A DNA stretch of 55,946 nucleotides from an uncultured virus (IMG/VR IMGVR_UViG_3300048813_000256) (IMGVR_UViG_3300048813_000256); one strand, 5' to 3'. Shown: positions 42,985 through 52,780, numbered from the stretch's first letter. The notes: generated by a model from the sequence alone, not told the origin. Program-made: numbers and translations.

Positions 42985-44231
42985 TCGTGCCGGCGTGGGC
43001 TGGGACCCCCCACTCCGTCAATCTCAACGAGAACCTGGTCACCAATGATGGCGGCCTGCAACTGCTTTCCGCGGGATACGCCCCCAACGAATTTGCCTGC
43101 ACCGCGGACGCGATCACAACCCAAGGACTGCCAAACCTCAGCCTGAACGAAGGCCCTTCGGTGCTGGTGAACACGGTGGCCGGGCAGCAGAACCAGGCGG
43201 GGAACTGGTACCGGGTCTATCGCGCCACCAGCATCTCAGGCCCCTTCACCCTCATCGCGGATTGCATTTACCTGGGCAACTATCTCGATGCCACGGTGCA
43301 GAGCGGCGTCACGTACTACTACCAGGTGACGGCGATGCAGTGGGGCGTGGAAAGCGCTCCTTTCGATCAGGCCACGGTAACTGTGCCGGTGTTCGACACG
43401 CTGATCGCATTCCGCGGCCGCAACGCGACGATATCGACTTCCCTGACCACTTCCGACGCCGCGACAAGAGTCCACGGCTATAACCCGTCCTCAAGCGAGA
43501 GCCTGACCACTTCTGACGCGCTGGGCCGGCAAGTGGGCTGGAAGCAGGGTTTGAGCGAAACGCTGAGCACGAGCGCCGCGCTCTCGGCGGTGGATCCGGC
43601 GAACGCCTCCGCCAGCCTCACCGAGGATCTGACCACTTCGGATGCGGCGGCATCGTCGCAGATCCTGACGCGCAGCCTGACCGAGAATCTTTCCACCTTT
43701 GCCGCGCTGGGCGATGTGATCGGGCCGGCGCTGCCGCCATCGGCTCCGTTCCCCACCTTGAACTGGCTCGACGATCAGGGGATGGCGGCGCTGGGGAGTT
43801 GCCCCTTCACGCTGAAAGTGATTGGCGGCAACTTTACCCCGCAGAGCGTGGTGAGCTGGAACGGGGGTACGCGCCAAACCACCTATGTGAGTTCCCAGAT
43901 TCTGCAGGTTGGGATCACCAGCGCAGACCTGTCTGTGGGCGGGAATTTCCCTCTCACGGTGACCAATGCACCCGGCACTGTTGGCGGCGGCAAAACGTTT
44001 TCCGTGGTGGCTGGGGCACCCACTGTCACCGGCACCTACGTTCTTGGCGCCACCCTCGTCCTCGACGGGACCAATTTCGTGCCACGCAACACGGTTGTGC
44101 TGTGGAACGGAACGGCGCTGGCCACGAACTGGTTTTCTGCCACCCGAGTGCAGGCGTTTCTGCCCGCCGGCGTGCGGGCGATCGGCAGCAACGCTGTGAC
44201 CGTGACCAATAGCGGCTGTCCGGCGAATTGA
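42951..44231 (+). CDS. secreted FN3- and IPT/TIG-domain protein
   Basis: Signal peptide MLKRFFLLGCLIVPAWA; YRVYRA..YYYQVTA...ESA (FN3); GGNFTPQSVV.WNG and GTNF...VLWNG (IPT). Confidence 0.75.
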   Translation: MLKRFFLLGCLIVPAWAGTPHSVNLNENLVTNDGGLQLLSAGYAPNEFACTADAITTQGLPNLSLNEGPSVLVNTVAGQQNQAGNWYRVYRATSISGPFTLIADCIYLGNYLDATVQSGVTYYYQVTAMQWGVESAPFDQATVTVPVFDTLIAFRGRNATISTSLTTSDAATRVHGYNPSSSESLTTSDALGRQVGWKQGLSETLSTSAALSAVDPANASASLTEDLTTSDAAASSQILTRSLTENLSTFAALGDVIGPALPPSAPFPTLNWLDDQGMAALGSCPFTLKVIGGNFTPQSVVSWNGGTRQTTYVSSQILQVGITSADLSVGGNFPLTVTNAPGTVGGGKTFSVVAGAPTVTGTYVLGATLVLDGTNFVPRNTVVLWNGTALATNWFSATRVQAFLPAGVRAIGSNAVTVTNSGCPAN

Positions 44232-44240
44232 GGTTGGATC

Positions 44241-44714
44241 ATGGCGAATCCTGTCTGGTACACCGGCCGCGGCACAGTGCTTTCCTACTCGCTGGACGGC
44301 CAGACCTGGGTCGCTCTGCCGCAGCTCCAGCAGTTCGAGCCCAGCGGCTCGAAGCAGACCATGGTGGATCAGACCAACCTGCAAACTCAGGGCAACTTTA
44401 CCCAGCCTCAGGCGGTCCAGGTGGATGCCGGGGAGGTTAGCTTCGCAGGCGTGTATGGTGGCCAGATTCAGCAGCTCCTCCTGGGCCAGTACCACGGCGC
44501 GTTGACACTGCTCTACTGGCAGGCGCAGCTCGTCGATGGCACGTTCTACACCTTCCAGGCCTTCGTGAGCGAGTTCAAACCTTACAGCGTGAAGTGGAAC
44601 AAGACCTACGGATTCAGCGGCAAATTGCGGATCGTGGGCGGCATGGAAAGCCCGCTCTCGGCCTTCCAGCCCAACGCATTCGACCCCAACGCCTTCCAGG
44701 TGGTTTTGATCTAG
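44241..44714 (+). CDS. tail tube protein paralog 1
   Basis: GRGT, D.T.L, D.GEVSF, L.DGT..TF.AFV; C-terminal AFQPNAFDPNAFQ. Confidence 0.75.
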   Translation: MANPVWYTGRGTVLSYSLDGQTWVALPQLQQFEPSGSKQTMVDQTNLQTQGNFTQPQAVQVDAGEVSFAGVYGGQIQQLLLGQYHGALTLLYWQAQLVDGTFYTFQAFVSEFKPYSVKWNKTYGFSGKLRIVGGMESPLSAFQPNAFDPNAFQVVLI

Positions 44715-44890
44715 GAGCTGCCTGATCCGTCACGGTGGCTAGTTTTCTAGCTTTCTAGCCCACGAATTTCCCCACAAGTTCACAGCGCGGGCCGCCCGCT
44801 TTTCAGCGGCGTGCGCGAGCCACAGGAGCCGAACCGCGCTCCCCTGGCCGGAAATGCCAAGCGGTTCAAACCAAACCAAGGAGAACACCC

Positions 44891-45352
44891 ATGCCAGCAA
44901 ACCCGGTTTCGTATCCCGGTCGTGGTACCACGATCGGATTCTCAGTTCTTCCTCTCGCCAGCCCTGCGGTCTATGTAGCCATGCCGCAACTGGAAAAGTT
45001 CGATCGCTCTGGATCGAAAACCGAAACTGACGATGTGACCTGTCTCGACACTCCGGGCAACAATAAAACGCCCGCGCCCGTCGTGGTGGATAACGGGAAA
45101 TACACCGCCGAAGGCGTGTATGACCCGCAGAATCCCAACATCGTCGTGATGCAGGGCTACCAGCAGAACATGACGCAGCTCGGCTACCAGATCGTGCTGG
45201 TGGACGGCACGACCCTCACCGGTTTGTGCTACGTGACTCAATTCGAGGCCCCCAAAATCGACCGCTACAAGCGCAACCGATTCAGCTTCGAGATCGACAT
45301 CTTCGGCGTCGAAGTGTTGGTCCCGCAGGGCGGCTCTGGCATCAACGAGTAG
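44891..45352 (+). CDS. major tail tube protein (paralog 2)
   Basis: AAGGAG RBS; GRGT, DVTCLD, DNGKY...G.YDP, L.DGT; downstream hairpin 45380-45401. Confidence 0.8.
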   Translation: MPANPVSYPGRGTTIGFSVLPLASPAVYVAMPQLEKFDRSGSKTETDDVTCLDTPGNNKTPAPVVVDNGKYTAEGVYDPQNPNIVVMQGYQQNMTQLGYQIVLVDGTTLTGLCYVTQFEAPKIDRYKRNRFSFEIDIFGVEVLVPQGGSGINE

Positions 45353-45437
45353 GGCTGTCCGGTTTGGTTCCATGGGCGCGGGGCGGACGCTTGTCCGCCC
45401 CCGTCTCCTGCTACCATCCCCACCAGAGGCTCCAACC

Positions 45438-45905
45438 ATGAGAAAAACTTTGCTCAACCTGTTCGCCGTGCTGCTGCTGCCGCATGCTCTGGCCTTTGGC
45501 CAGGCCTCGGCTACGGAGCCGTCGAATCACAAGACCATCAAAGTGCCGGTCCCGGCCGGCGATCACAACCCGGAAGTGGCGGCGCTACAGAAAAACGATG
45601 CGACCCCGCCCGACTTCACCCTGACCGAACTGCAGCACGCCAAGCTCGATGCCGCCCGGCGCGACATCTGGCACTGGCAGGACAATCTCAACCGGTCGCT
45701 GAACGAGTTCGGCGCCCTGTGCCAGGAAGCGGGCAAAGAAAACAAGTGGCCGCCCATCACCTGTAATTGGGACACGCTACTGGTGACACCGCAACCCAAG
45801 CCCCCAGGTCCGCCCGCTGGAAATCCAGCCCCGGCTGTCAACCCGGCGCCGCCCGCGGCAAAAGAAAATTCTCCGCCGGCCGCGACCTCGCCTCCAAAAA
45901 AATAA
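45438..45905 (+). CDS. secreted Pro-rich hypothetical protein
   Basis: Signal peptide MRKTLLNLFAVLLLPHALA; GAGG RBS. Confidence 0.65.
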   Translation: MRKTLLNLFAVLLLPHALAFGQASATEPSNHKTIKVPVPAGDHNPEVAALQKNDATPPDFTLTELQHAKLDAARRDIWHWQDNLNRSLNEFGALCQEAGKENKWPPITCNWDTLLVTPQPKPPGPPAGNPAPAVNPAPPAAKENSPPAATSPPKK

Positions 45906-45918
45906 CTGGAGTAATGCC

Positions 45919-46653
45919 ATGAACGCACATCTGCAGCAGGCCCTCACCGGTGCGCCGGTGACGGTGAATCTCGGCGGTAAAGAATACCCTCTCGCCTTTC
46001 CGATTGAGGGAGTGATCCTCTATCAAGAGGAGACGGCCACGCTCGATCGGTCGCGCGCCAAAGGACGCGACCGGCTGACCCGCGCCCTCAAAGACGGCCT
46101 GCGGGCGGAGCGTCTGCAGCTCCTCCAATCAGCGGAAAAGCTGCGTCCCCCCAAGGGCACGAAGAAGTGGGCGGACGACAATCTGGCGCGCTTCGGAGAT
46201 CTCCAGGACGAGGCGAACACGCTGAAAGTGCGGCTCGATGAAGATGCCGGCACCGGGGACAGCCTGTACGATTTGTACAATTGGCGCAAGATCAGTCCGC
46301 AGGGCGATCCTCAGCGCATGATTCTGGCCCTGTGGGTGGGACTGCACGTCTTCCAGAAATCGAAAACCGCCGGCGAGGATGATGACTATGTGGAAACTCT
46401 CACCCGCCGGCAATTGGCCAAGTTCGTCCACCTGGGGAATGGCAACGCACTGGTGGGGGCGGTGTCGAAGGCTCTGGCCTCCTATCTAGTCGATGAGACG
46501 GACGAGGGCGATGACGATGAGGAAGAAGAAAGCCCAAACCCGCAGCCGCCGGAAAAGCAGCCGGCGGTGATTCAGGCCCGGCCGGAACGGGGCTCACAGC
46601 CCCCGGAGGGGATGGAGGAACGCCGGCAGACGACGGGGGAACGCGCCAGCTAG
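45919..46653 (+). CDS. tail assembly chaperone (lambda gpG-like)
   Basis: V.LGGKEYPLAF start; position after tail tube; slippery site near the 3' end. Confidence 0.75.
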   Translation: MNAHLQQALTGAPVTVNLGGKEYPLAFPIEGVILYQEETATLDRSRAKGRDRLTRALKDGLRAERLQLLQSAEKLRPPKGTKKWADDNLARFGDLQDEANTLKVRLDEDAGTGDSLYDLYNWRKISPQGDPQRMILALWVGLHVFQKSKTAGEDDDYVETLTRRQLAKFVHLGNGNALVGAVSKALASYLVDETDEGDDDEEEESPNPQPPEKQPAVIQARPERGSQPPEGMEERRQTTGERAS

Positions 46654-47024
46654 AGCTGCGCGATCCTCCCGACATCCGCCAGCTTTGGCGAATCGCGCGC
46701 GTGCGCCTCGGCATGAGCGACGGGGAATTCCTCAAGATCAGCCCGGCAGCGCTGAACCTGCTGATGCGCGAGCTGCGCTCTGTCGATCGCAACCTGCTGC
46801 TCGGCCCCGCCATGATTTGCGCCGAACTGTGGAACTCCGCCGGCATGCACATCGACCGCGAAAAAATGGATGGAGTGTGCGCCCTCGACTTTCTACCGGA
46901 ACTTCCGGAAGAGACGGCGCGCCGCGAAGCCGAAGAAGAAGCGGCGCGGAACGCTCCCATCGATCCCACGGCCTTTGCCGCCTTCAAAGCGGGACTGCTG
47001 TCGATCGGGAAAAAGAAGCAGTAG
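46533..47024 (+). CDS. gpT-like chaperone extension reached by -1 frameshift
   Basis: C CCA AAC at 46533-46539; -1 frame open to 47024 encoding LWRIARVRLGMSDGEFLKISP. Confidence 0.75.
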   Translation, partial: PKPAAAGKAAGGDSGPAGTGLTAPGGDGGTPADDGGTRQLELRDPPDIRQLWRIARVRLGMSDGEFLKISPAALNLLMRELRSVDRNLLLGPAMICAELWNSAGMHIDREKMDGVCALDFLPELPEETARREAEEEAARNAPIDPTAFAAFKAGLLSIGKKKQ

Positions 47025-47038
47025 CGGGAGGCCTGAGC

Positions 47039-47317
47039 GTGAGCCAACCCATTTACGTGTTCGGACTCTCGGCTCTCGCTACCGCGGGCCTTGCCGTGAT
47101 GTGGGCGATTTTCTGGCGGGCGGCCGCCAAGCAGGGCGAGAGCATCCGCGGAATTCTGCTCAGTCCGGCGTTTTTTCGCACGGTCACGGTGATGGGCGTC
47201 ATTGCGGCCACAGTCGTGTTGAGTCTCGCCGGAGAGTTGGGCGGCAACATGCCGGGAGCCATCTTGAGCGGGATCGCGGGCTACGTGCTCGGACAAGGCG
47301 GGCAGCGGAGTGAATAG
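47039..47317 (+). CDS. small multi-TM membrane protein
   Basis: GGGAGG RBS + GTG; three hydrophobic segments, AILSGIAGYVLG. Confidence 0.65.
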   Translation: MSQPIYVFGLSALATAGLAVMWAIFWRAAAKQGESIRGILLSPAFFRTVTVMGVIAATVVLSLAGELGGNMPGAILSGIAGYVLGQGGQRSE

Positions 47318-47349
47318 GCAACGACTCCTGGGTCGCGCTGGAATATTTT

Positions 47350-47527
47350 TTATTCCAACTCGACTCGAACCTTTTCCGTGCGAGAAAGCACAATTTTTGT
47401 TCCAGTCGGCTCACTGACTCGTTTGGCTCTCCCGGTTTTCTCCGTGCCTCTGCTCTGGGGCGAGATCCGCCGCGACTTGATCTCGTCCTCAGCTTCTTCT
47501 GCCGTCATCCAGAACGTGCTTCTCATA
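47350..47527 (-). CDS. hypothetical protein (antisense)
   Basis: Short ORF filling the gap; weak support. Confidence 0.35.
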
Positions 47528-47585
47528 TCGCGCATTCTAAAACCGGCGCTGGACGGCTGGCCACTGGCAACTGGAGCACTGACCC

Positions 47586-48179
47586 ATGTTGATCATCGCC
47601 GATATCGAAGGCATTCCCGCGGTCGCCGCGCGCCTGGACAAGATGCAGCAGGCGCTGGCCGGGCCCATGGTCCGCAAGGCTCTTGAAGAGGGTGGCGAGA
47701 TCCTGCGGGCGCAGGCGGAAGAGAACGTCCACAAACTAACCGGCACGCTGGCCGCCGACATCGACGTGAAAGTAGGGATTTTCAAGGAGAGCCTGGTGAG
47801 CTATGCGGTGATTGGGCCGGGGTGGGATCCGACTTCGTTCCGCTGGGTGACCAACCGCAGCGCCCGCAACCGGGACGCGGCGCCCGAGCCTGACCAGACC
47901 ACCAACCCCGGCGTGTATGGTTACTTCCTCGAAGTGGGCCATCGCGCGCCCGGCCTGGGACTGGCCCACAATGCGGAGTATCAGCGCGCCGCCCGTTTCT
48001 CGCGCAAGCAGGGCAAGATGTTGAACACCTACACCAACCCGTCCTCGCGCGATTACGGCCACCTGAGCACGCCGCCTTATCCGTGGCTGCTGCCGGCGGC
48101 CGAGGAAAAAGGCGAAGCCGCGATGGAGCAAGTGGGTTTCAGCCTGGGCAAGAGTCTGGAAGCCAGCGAAGGGCATTAG
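47586..48179 (+). CDS. HK97 gp10-family neck/tail completion protein
   Basis: RKAL..GG......A......TG.L...I, YGYFLEVG, PYPWLLPA. Confidence 0.85.
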   Translation: MLIIADIEGIPAVAARLDKMQQALAGPMVRKALEEGGEILRAQAEENVHKLTGTLAADIDVKVGIFKESLVSYAVIGPGWDPTSFRWVTNRSARNRDAAPEPDQTTNPGVYGYFLEVGHRAPGLGLAHNAEYQRAARFSRKQGKMLNTYTNPSSRDYGHLSTPPYPWLLPAAEEKGEAAMEQVGFSLGKSLEASEGH

Positions 48180-48478
48180 TTTGGAAAACCGCTTGGGGCC
48201 GCTGCCCTCGCTGGCAGCACTCAGGCCTCTTGGCGCGCCCGCGCCGCTGTCCGGCGTCACGGGCTTCGAACGATCCCCGAATGGTGCGCGTCCCTGTATA
48301 GTTCCCGGAAATCGCGCACGGCTTTTGCGGCGGCTTCCTCATCCTTCAACGCGCTGACTACAGTCTGTATCGCGCATTGTGCCAAACGATGCAGCCAAAG
48401 CTTGTCGTCACTGGTTAGCGTCATGATTCCGAAATTCTAGAACTGGCCACTGGAAACTGGCCACTGGAAACTGAACCT

Positions 48479-51400
48479 ATGCCGACCATGAACGTCGCAC
48501 AATTCGCCATCAAGCTGGGGCTTGATCCCTCGTCGATTCCCGCCGACCTGCAGAAGGTGGTGGTGAATCTGACGTCGGCGCAGCGGCGTCTGGCGAAGGA
48601 CCGGAAAGCGCTCGAAGCGGAAATGATGGAGTCCGCGCGGGAATCGGCGGAGCGCACCGTGGCCGATCGCAAGTGGGCGGACGATGCCATCCTGCAGCAC
48701 GCCACCGCAACCGCCGCCAAACGCAAAGCGCTGGAAAAGGAGATCCTCGAGGCCACGCGCGCCCACGACCGCGGGGCGGGGACGAGCACTGCGCAAGCGG
48801 CCGATCGCGAGACGCTTTCCGCATCGCCGCAGGCCGCCAGGCGCGCCCTGGTGGAAGAGCAGATCATGGAGGCCACCAACCTCTACGCCACCGAAGAACT
48901 TGCCAAACGCGAGCAGGTAGAGGAAGAGAAGGCCGTGGCGGTTGCCCGGTCCGCCGCACAACGCAAGCTCCTGGAAGCGAAGATCATGGAGGCCACCAGC
49001 CTCTACGCCTCCGAAGAACTGGCCAAACGCGAGTGGGTGGAAGAAGAGAAGGTCCTGGCCGCGCAGAAATCCGCCGAGGCGCGGATGCTTCTGGAAGCCA
49101 AGGTCATGGAAGCGACGACCCTCCATGCCGAGCAGACGATCGCCAACGAAAGATGGGCGGCGGAGGCGAGGGTCGCTATCAACCGCAAGGCCGATATCCA
49201 GCGCTCCGAGAACACGATGGCGGAGACGAAGAGAGGCTTCGCCGGCATGATGCTGGCCAGCAACGCCATGGGTGCCGGAGTGCCGTGGCCCCTAGCCCGC
49301 GTGCTGAGCCAGCAATTCCCGATCATCAGCAAGATCACTGGAGCGTTGCTGGGATTTACCGCCGTGGGAGTCGGGATCAGAGTCGTTGTCGACATCTTCG
49401 AGCGCCTCGGCCAGAAGATGCAGGAGGCCAAGCAGAAGGAGCTGGAATACCAGGAGGCGGTGCAGAAAACCAAGATGGTGATTGGCGAAGCCGACGCCGC
49501 CAGCGAGATGCGCTTCGACAAGGCCGTGGCCCGATCCATGCGCGCCAAAGGAGACAAGAACGCCGCCGCCTTCGACGAAGGTCTGGTGAGCCAGTCCGAG
49601 GGCGTAGGGGCGATGGCGCGCGAAGTGGACAAGCTGGTGGAAGCCGAACTGAAGGAGGCGCGCGCCAAAGCCGCCCAGATGCAAGTGTGGGCGGCAGCGG
49701 GACGCGTGATGCACGAAGTCTTCAGCTTCGATTCCACGCTGAAGGTCGAAGCCATCAACGACCAGATGCAGAAATTGGGGGAGGAGTTCAGCCTGCGTTC
49801 GGTCGAGGATCAGATTAACCACACCGCGACGGCCTCCGAACTGCTGACCCAGAAAGCCAAGGAAGCCCACGAAGCGGTGACCGCGCTCGAAACCCAGCGC
49901 GACAAGATGGCGAAGATGGACACCGTGGAAAAGGCGGGATTGCCCATCTCCGTGCGGAAGTACATCTCTCAGGAAGAGATCGACGCTGCCAAGACCTACG
50001 CCGCGCTTCTCGACAGGATCACGGCCTCGGAAGCGAAGAGGCAAAAAGCCACCGCTGCGGAGAAACAGGCTGACATCGACGAGGCGAACAAGGCCAAGGC
50101 CAAGGACATCGCGGAAACGCGCGCCCGCGAAGTGCGCGAGGAGATCGCATCCATTGAACGGCTGATGGCGACGTCGAGCGCGGCCGCCGGCGCCGAGGAA
50201 TTGTTGGCCTCTGCCACCGACAAAGGCACAGCGGCCAGCATTCAGAACGCGGCTGCAGCCGAGGCGCAAAAGAGAATTCTCGACGCGATCGCCGAATCGC
50301 GCAGCAAGCTCGATCCCAGCGGGCGCCCCATCGGGGACGACAAAGGCGTGCAAGCGAAGCTTGCGGAATATGCCGTCGAGGAGCGCAAGAACGCGCTCAC
50401 TGAACAAACCGCCAAAGCGACCGGCGAACTCAACAAGCAGATCGCGGAACTGAATACGCGCACCGATGAGCACGTCTCCTCGCTGAATGAGGAAGCCTCG
50501 GGCCACAACAAAGTGTCGATCGAGCAGGCCAAGAATCTCGAACGGCTCATCCCGCTGGAGCAAAGGCTGCAGGGACTGAAAGACCTCTATGCCAGCCTGC
50601 CGGCGGCGGACAAAGTTGCCCCCGTCGTTGGGCCTCCGACAGTGGGGCAGGCATTCGCGCAAAAGACTGCTGGCGATATCGCCCACACCGGGTCTGGGCT
50701 TGACGCATTGCGCGGCAAAATCGGCGGCGAGAACGCGCAGATTCAGGCGGCCGCCTTCGCCGAGGAACTAAAGAAGGTCAAAGAACGGACGGCGGAGATC
50801 GCCGGGGCCGGAGTGTCGCCGTGGGCGAAGATCAATGCCGAAGTCGCGGCCGCGACCGAACGCATGCGCGGCCTGGGGCAAAGCGAGACAGAAGTTGCGG
50901 ATCAGGCTAAGCAGTTGCGCGCCGCGCTCTCCGGAGAGCAGCACTCGAAAATCGGCGCCGAGTTCGACAAGCTCACGGAGAAGGCCCGCGAGACGCGCGT
51001 CGAGCTGGGCGCATTGGCTTCGGGATCTCCGTTCGCCAAATCGATTGCGGAAGCGGAGAAACTTGGGCACGAAATGGGGATGACCGCGTTCGAGATCTCC
51101 CTGGTCCGGCAACGGCTGATCGAACTGCAGGCCATGCAGAATGCCAGCAAAGCCTGGGAAGGCGCGGACGCGCTGAGCGCCAGCGGCTCCAAGATGTATG
51201 AGTTGCAGCAGCAGATGGCGACTCTGCGCTCGGCCGCGACTACCGGGAAAGTCCGCGACGACAGCGGAGCCGAAAGCACGCTTTCCGCCGACGCACTGGC
51301 CGCGGTACACCTCCGGATGCAGGAACTGACGGAGGAAGAGGACAAGCTCCTGCTCAAGACAGGCGGGATCAATGACGGGTTTCAAGCGTGGCTTCATTCC

Positions 51401-52171
51401 CTCGACATGGTGGAGAGCGAGGGGACGACGGTCTTCAACGCGCTCACCCAAGCCACCAAAGGCTTTGAGTCCACGGCCGCCGATTCGCTGGTGAAGATTC
51501 TGGAAACACACGCCGGCCAGCACCAGAAGTTGATCCACCAACTGCGCCAGATGTGGGAAAGCTTCTTTGCAGGGCTGGCGAAGATGGCGATCCAGCGCGG
51601 CCTACAAGGGCTGTTAGCGCCCATCGCCGGGGCAATCGCCAAGAAACCTCAGAGCGCTGCCGGCACGGTGGACCTGGGCGCGGGAAGCGCCGAGCAATTC
51701 GCCAAAGGGCCGGGGGCGCTGTTCTCGGGATTAGGAAAAGCCGGGGGTGCCGGAGTCGCTGCGCTGCCCGCCAACACGACCGCAATCACCGCGAACACAA
51801 CCGCGCTGGGAGCGAACACCGCGGCGCTGGGCACGAAGGCCGGCACCAGCGCCATCCCGATCCCCGGAGCCACGCCGGGGAATGCGGCGGGAACTGACTC
51901 CTGGTCTGGCGGGTCAACCTGGGTTGGCGAGCAAGGGCCGGAAGTGGTGAACCTGCCGCGTGGATCCCAAGTCATTCCGAACGATGCGCTGCAGGCGAAC
52001 AGCGGCGGAGATAGCTACGTCCACAATGATTTCCGGGGCGCGGTGGTGACTGACGATCTGATGCGGAAGTCGGATGCCGTAAAAATGAGCCAACTGTCCG
52101 AGGACCGGGCTTACTCGCGGGCGGTGACGGCCAGCAAAGAGATCGCGCTGCGAAGCCGGCCCAGCCGCTAG
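48479..52171 (+). CDS. tail tape measure protein
   Basis: 1230 aa, Ala/Glu-rich helical, N-terminal IKLGLD, C-terminal WVGEQGPEVV..P.GSQVIPN. Confidence 0.9.
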   Translation: MPTMNVAQFAIKLGLDPSSIPADLQKVVVNLTSAQRRLAKDRKALEAEMMESARESAERTVADRKWADDAILQHATATAAKRKALEKEILEATRAHDRGAGTSTAQAADRETLSASPQAARRALVEEQIMEATNLYATEELAKREQVEEEKAVAVARSAAQRKLLEAKIMEATSLYASEELAKREWVEEEKVLAAQKSAEARMLLEAKVMEATTLHAEQTIANERWAAEARVAINRKADIQRSENTMAETKRGFAGMMLASNAMGAGVPWPLARVLSQQFPIISKITGALLGFTAVGVGIRVVVDIFERLGQKMQEAKQKELEYQEAVQKTKMVIGEADAASEMRFDKAVARSMRAKGDKNAAAFDEGLVSQSEGVGAMAREVDKLVEAELKEARAKAAQMQVWAAAGRVMHEVFSFDSTLKVEAINDQMQKLGEEFSLRSVEDQINHTATASELLTQKAKEAHEAVTALETQRDKMAKMDTVEKAGLPISVRKYISQEEIDAAKTYAALLDRITASEAKRQKATAAEKQADIDEANKAKAKDIAETRAREVREEIASIERLMATSSAAAGAEELLASATDKGTAASIQNAAAAEAQKRILDAIAESRSKLDPSGRPIGDDKGVQAKLAEYAVEERKNALTEQTAKATGELNKQIAELNTRTDEHVSSLNEEASGHNKVSIEQAKNLERLIPLEQRLQGLKDLYASLPAADKVAPVVGPPTVGQAFAQKTAGDIAHTGSGLDALRGKIGGENAQIQAAAFAEELKKVKERTAEIAGAGVSPWAKINAEVAAATERMRGLGQSETEVADQAKQLRAALSGEQHSKIGAEFDKLTEKARETRVELGALASGSPFAKSIAEAEKLGHEMGMTAFEISLVRQRLIELQAMQNASKAWEGADALSASGSKMYELQQQMATLRSAATTGKVRDDSGAESTLSADALAAVHLRMQELTEEEDKLLLKTGGINDGFQAWLHSLDMVESEGTTVFNALTQATKGFESTAADSLVKILETHAGQHQKLIHQLRQMWESFFAGLAKMAIQRGLQGLLAPIAGAIAKKPQSAAGTVDLGAGSAEQFAKGPGALFSGLGKAGGAGVAALPANTTAITANTTALGANTAALGTKAGTSAIPIPGATPGNAAGTDSWSGGSTWVGEQGPEVVNLPRGSQVIPNDALQANSGGDSYVHNDFRGAVVTDDLMRKSDAVKMSQLSEDRAYSRAVTASKEIALRSRPSR

Positions 52172-52425
52172 GCGCTGCCCTCGGCGGCTTTGGCCCGCGA
52201 GACTTCCCACATGGCGCGCAGCAATTGCTCCGCGTCCGGCTTGGCCAGGACAGCCCGCAGCGGGGGAAAGCGGTCGATCATGTCGGTTTGAAAAGATGCA
52301 CGCCAGACCTCGTAATTCTCGCCCTCGGCCAGCCTTTGGCGAATGTTGGGGAGCCAGCGCGAGTCGGCTTGCATGATCGCCGATACCAGCACTTCCGCGA
52401 CTTGAGTCATTTCGTCCCGGTTCAC
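52168..52425 (-). CDS. hypothetical protein (antisense island)
   Basis: GTG overlapping the upstream TGA, GGAGGAG RBS. Confidence 0.6.
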   Translation of the reverse strand: MNRDEMTQVAEVLVSAIMQADSRWLPNIRQRLAEGENYEVWRASFQTDMIDRFPPLRAVLAKPDAEQLLRAMWEVSRAKAAEGSA

Positions 52426-52604
52426 GGCTCCTCCAGGATGAAGATGTGGGGCGCGAACTCGCCCGCCCAGGCGGGCAGAATCAGCATACCTTCCGGGGTC
52501 ACGCGTTCCACCAGAAAGTAATTTCCCGGCACGTCGGGCATGTGGGCAAAGCGCACGCGTTTGCCGGCGAACTGAGCTGTGAGCGCGGCGATGTCGGCGG
52601 TCAT
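52422..52604 (-). CDS. hypothetical protein (antisense island)
   Basis: 60 aa, ATGA coupling. Confidence 0.6.
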   Translation of the reverse strand: MTADIAALTAQFAGKRVRFAHMPDVPGNYFLVERVTPEGMLILPAWAGEFAPHIFILEEP

Positions 52605-52780
52605 AGGTCAGTGGCCAGTGGAGCACGGTCGCGTACCGCGGGCGAAGTGTGCATGAGAACGATGCCCTCAAATGCTCCATCGCTCGAAACCTGCCACACA
52701 TAAGTCATCGTGGCGGGATCGTACCCTTCATGAACGGCGATGATTCCCGCGATCTGGTCGGCATCGAAGCTGATTCGCAT
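52601..52780 (-). CDS. hypothetical protein (not in the ORF track)
   Basis: AAGGAG RBS; MRISFDADQIAGIIAVHEGYDP..., 59 aa. Confidence 0.6.
   Translation of the reverse strand: MRISFDADQIAGIIAVHEGYDPATMTYVWQVSSDGAFEGIVLMHTSPAVRDRAPLATDL

Noticed and set aside
45380..45401. Terminator after the tail tube gene
   Set aside because: Good hairpin but no U-tract; more likely a stabilising or attenuating stem
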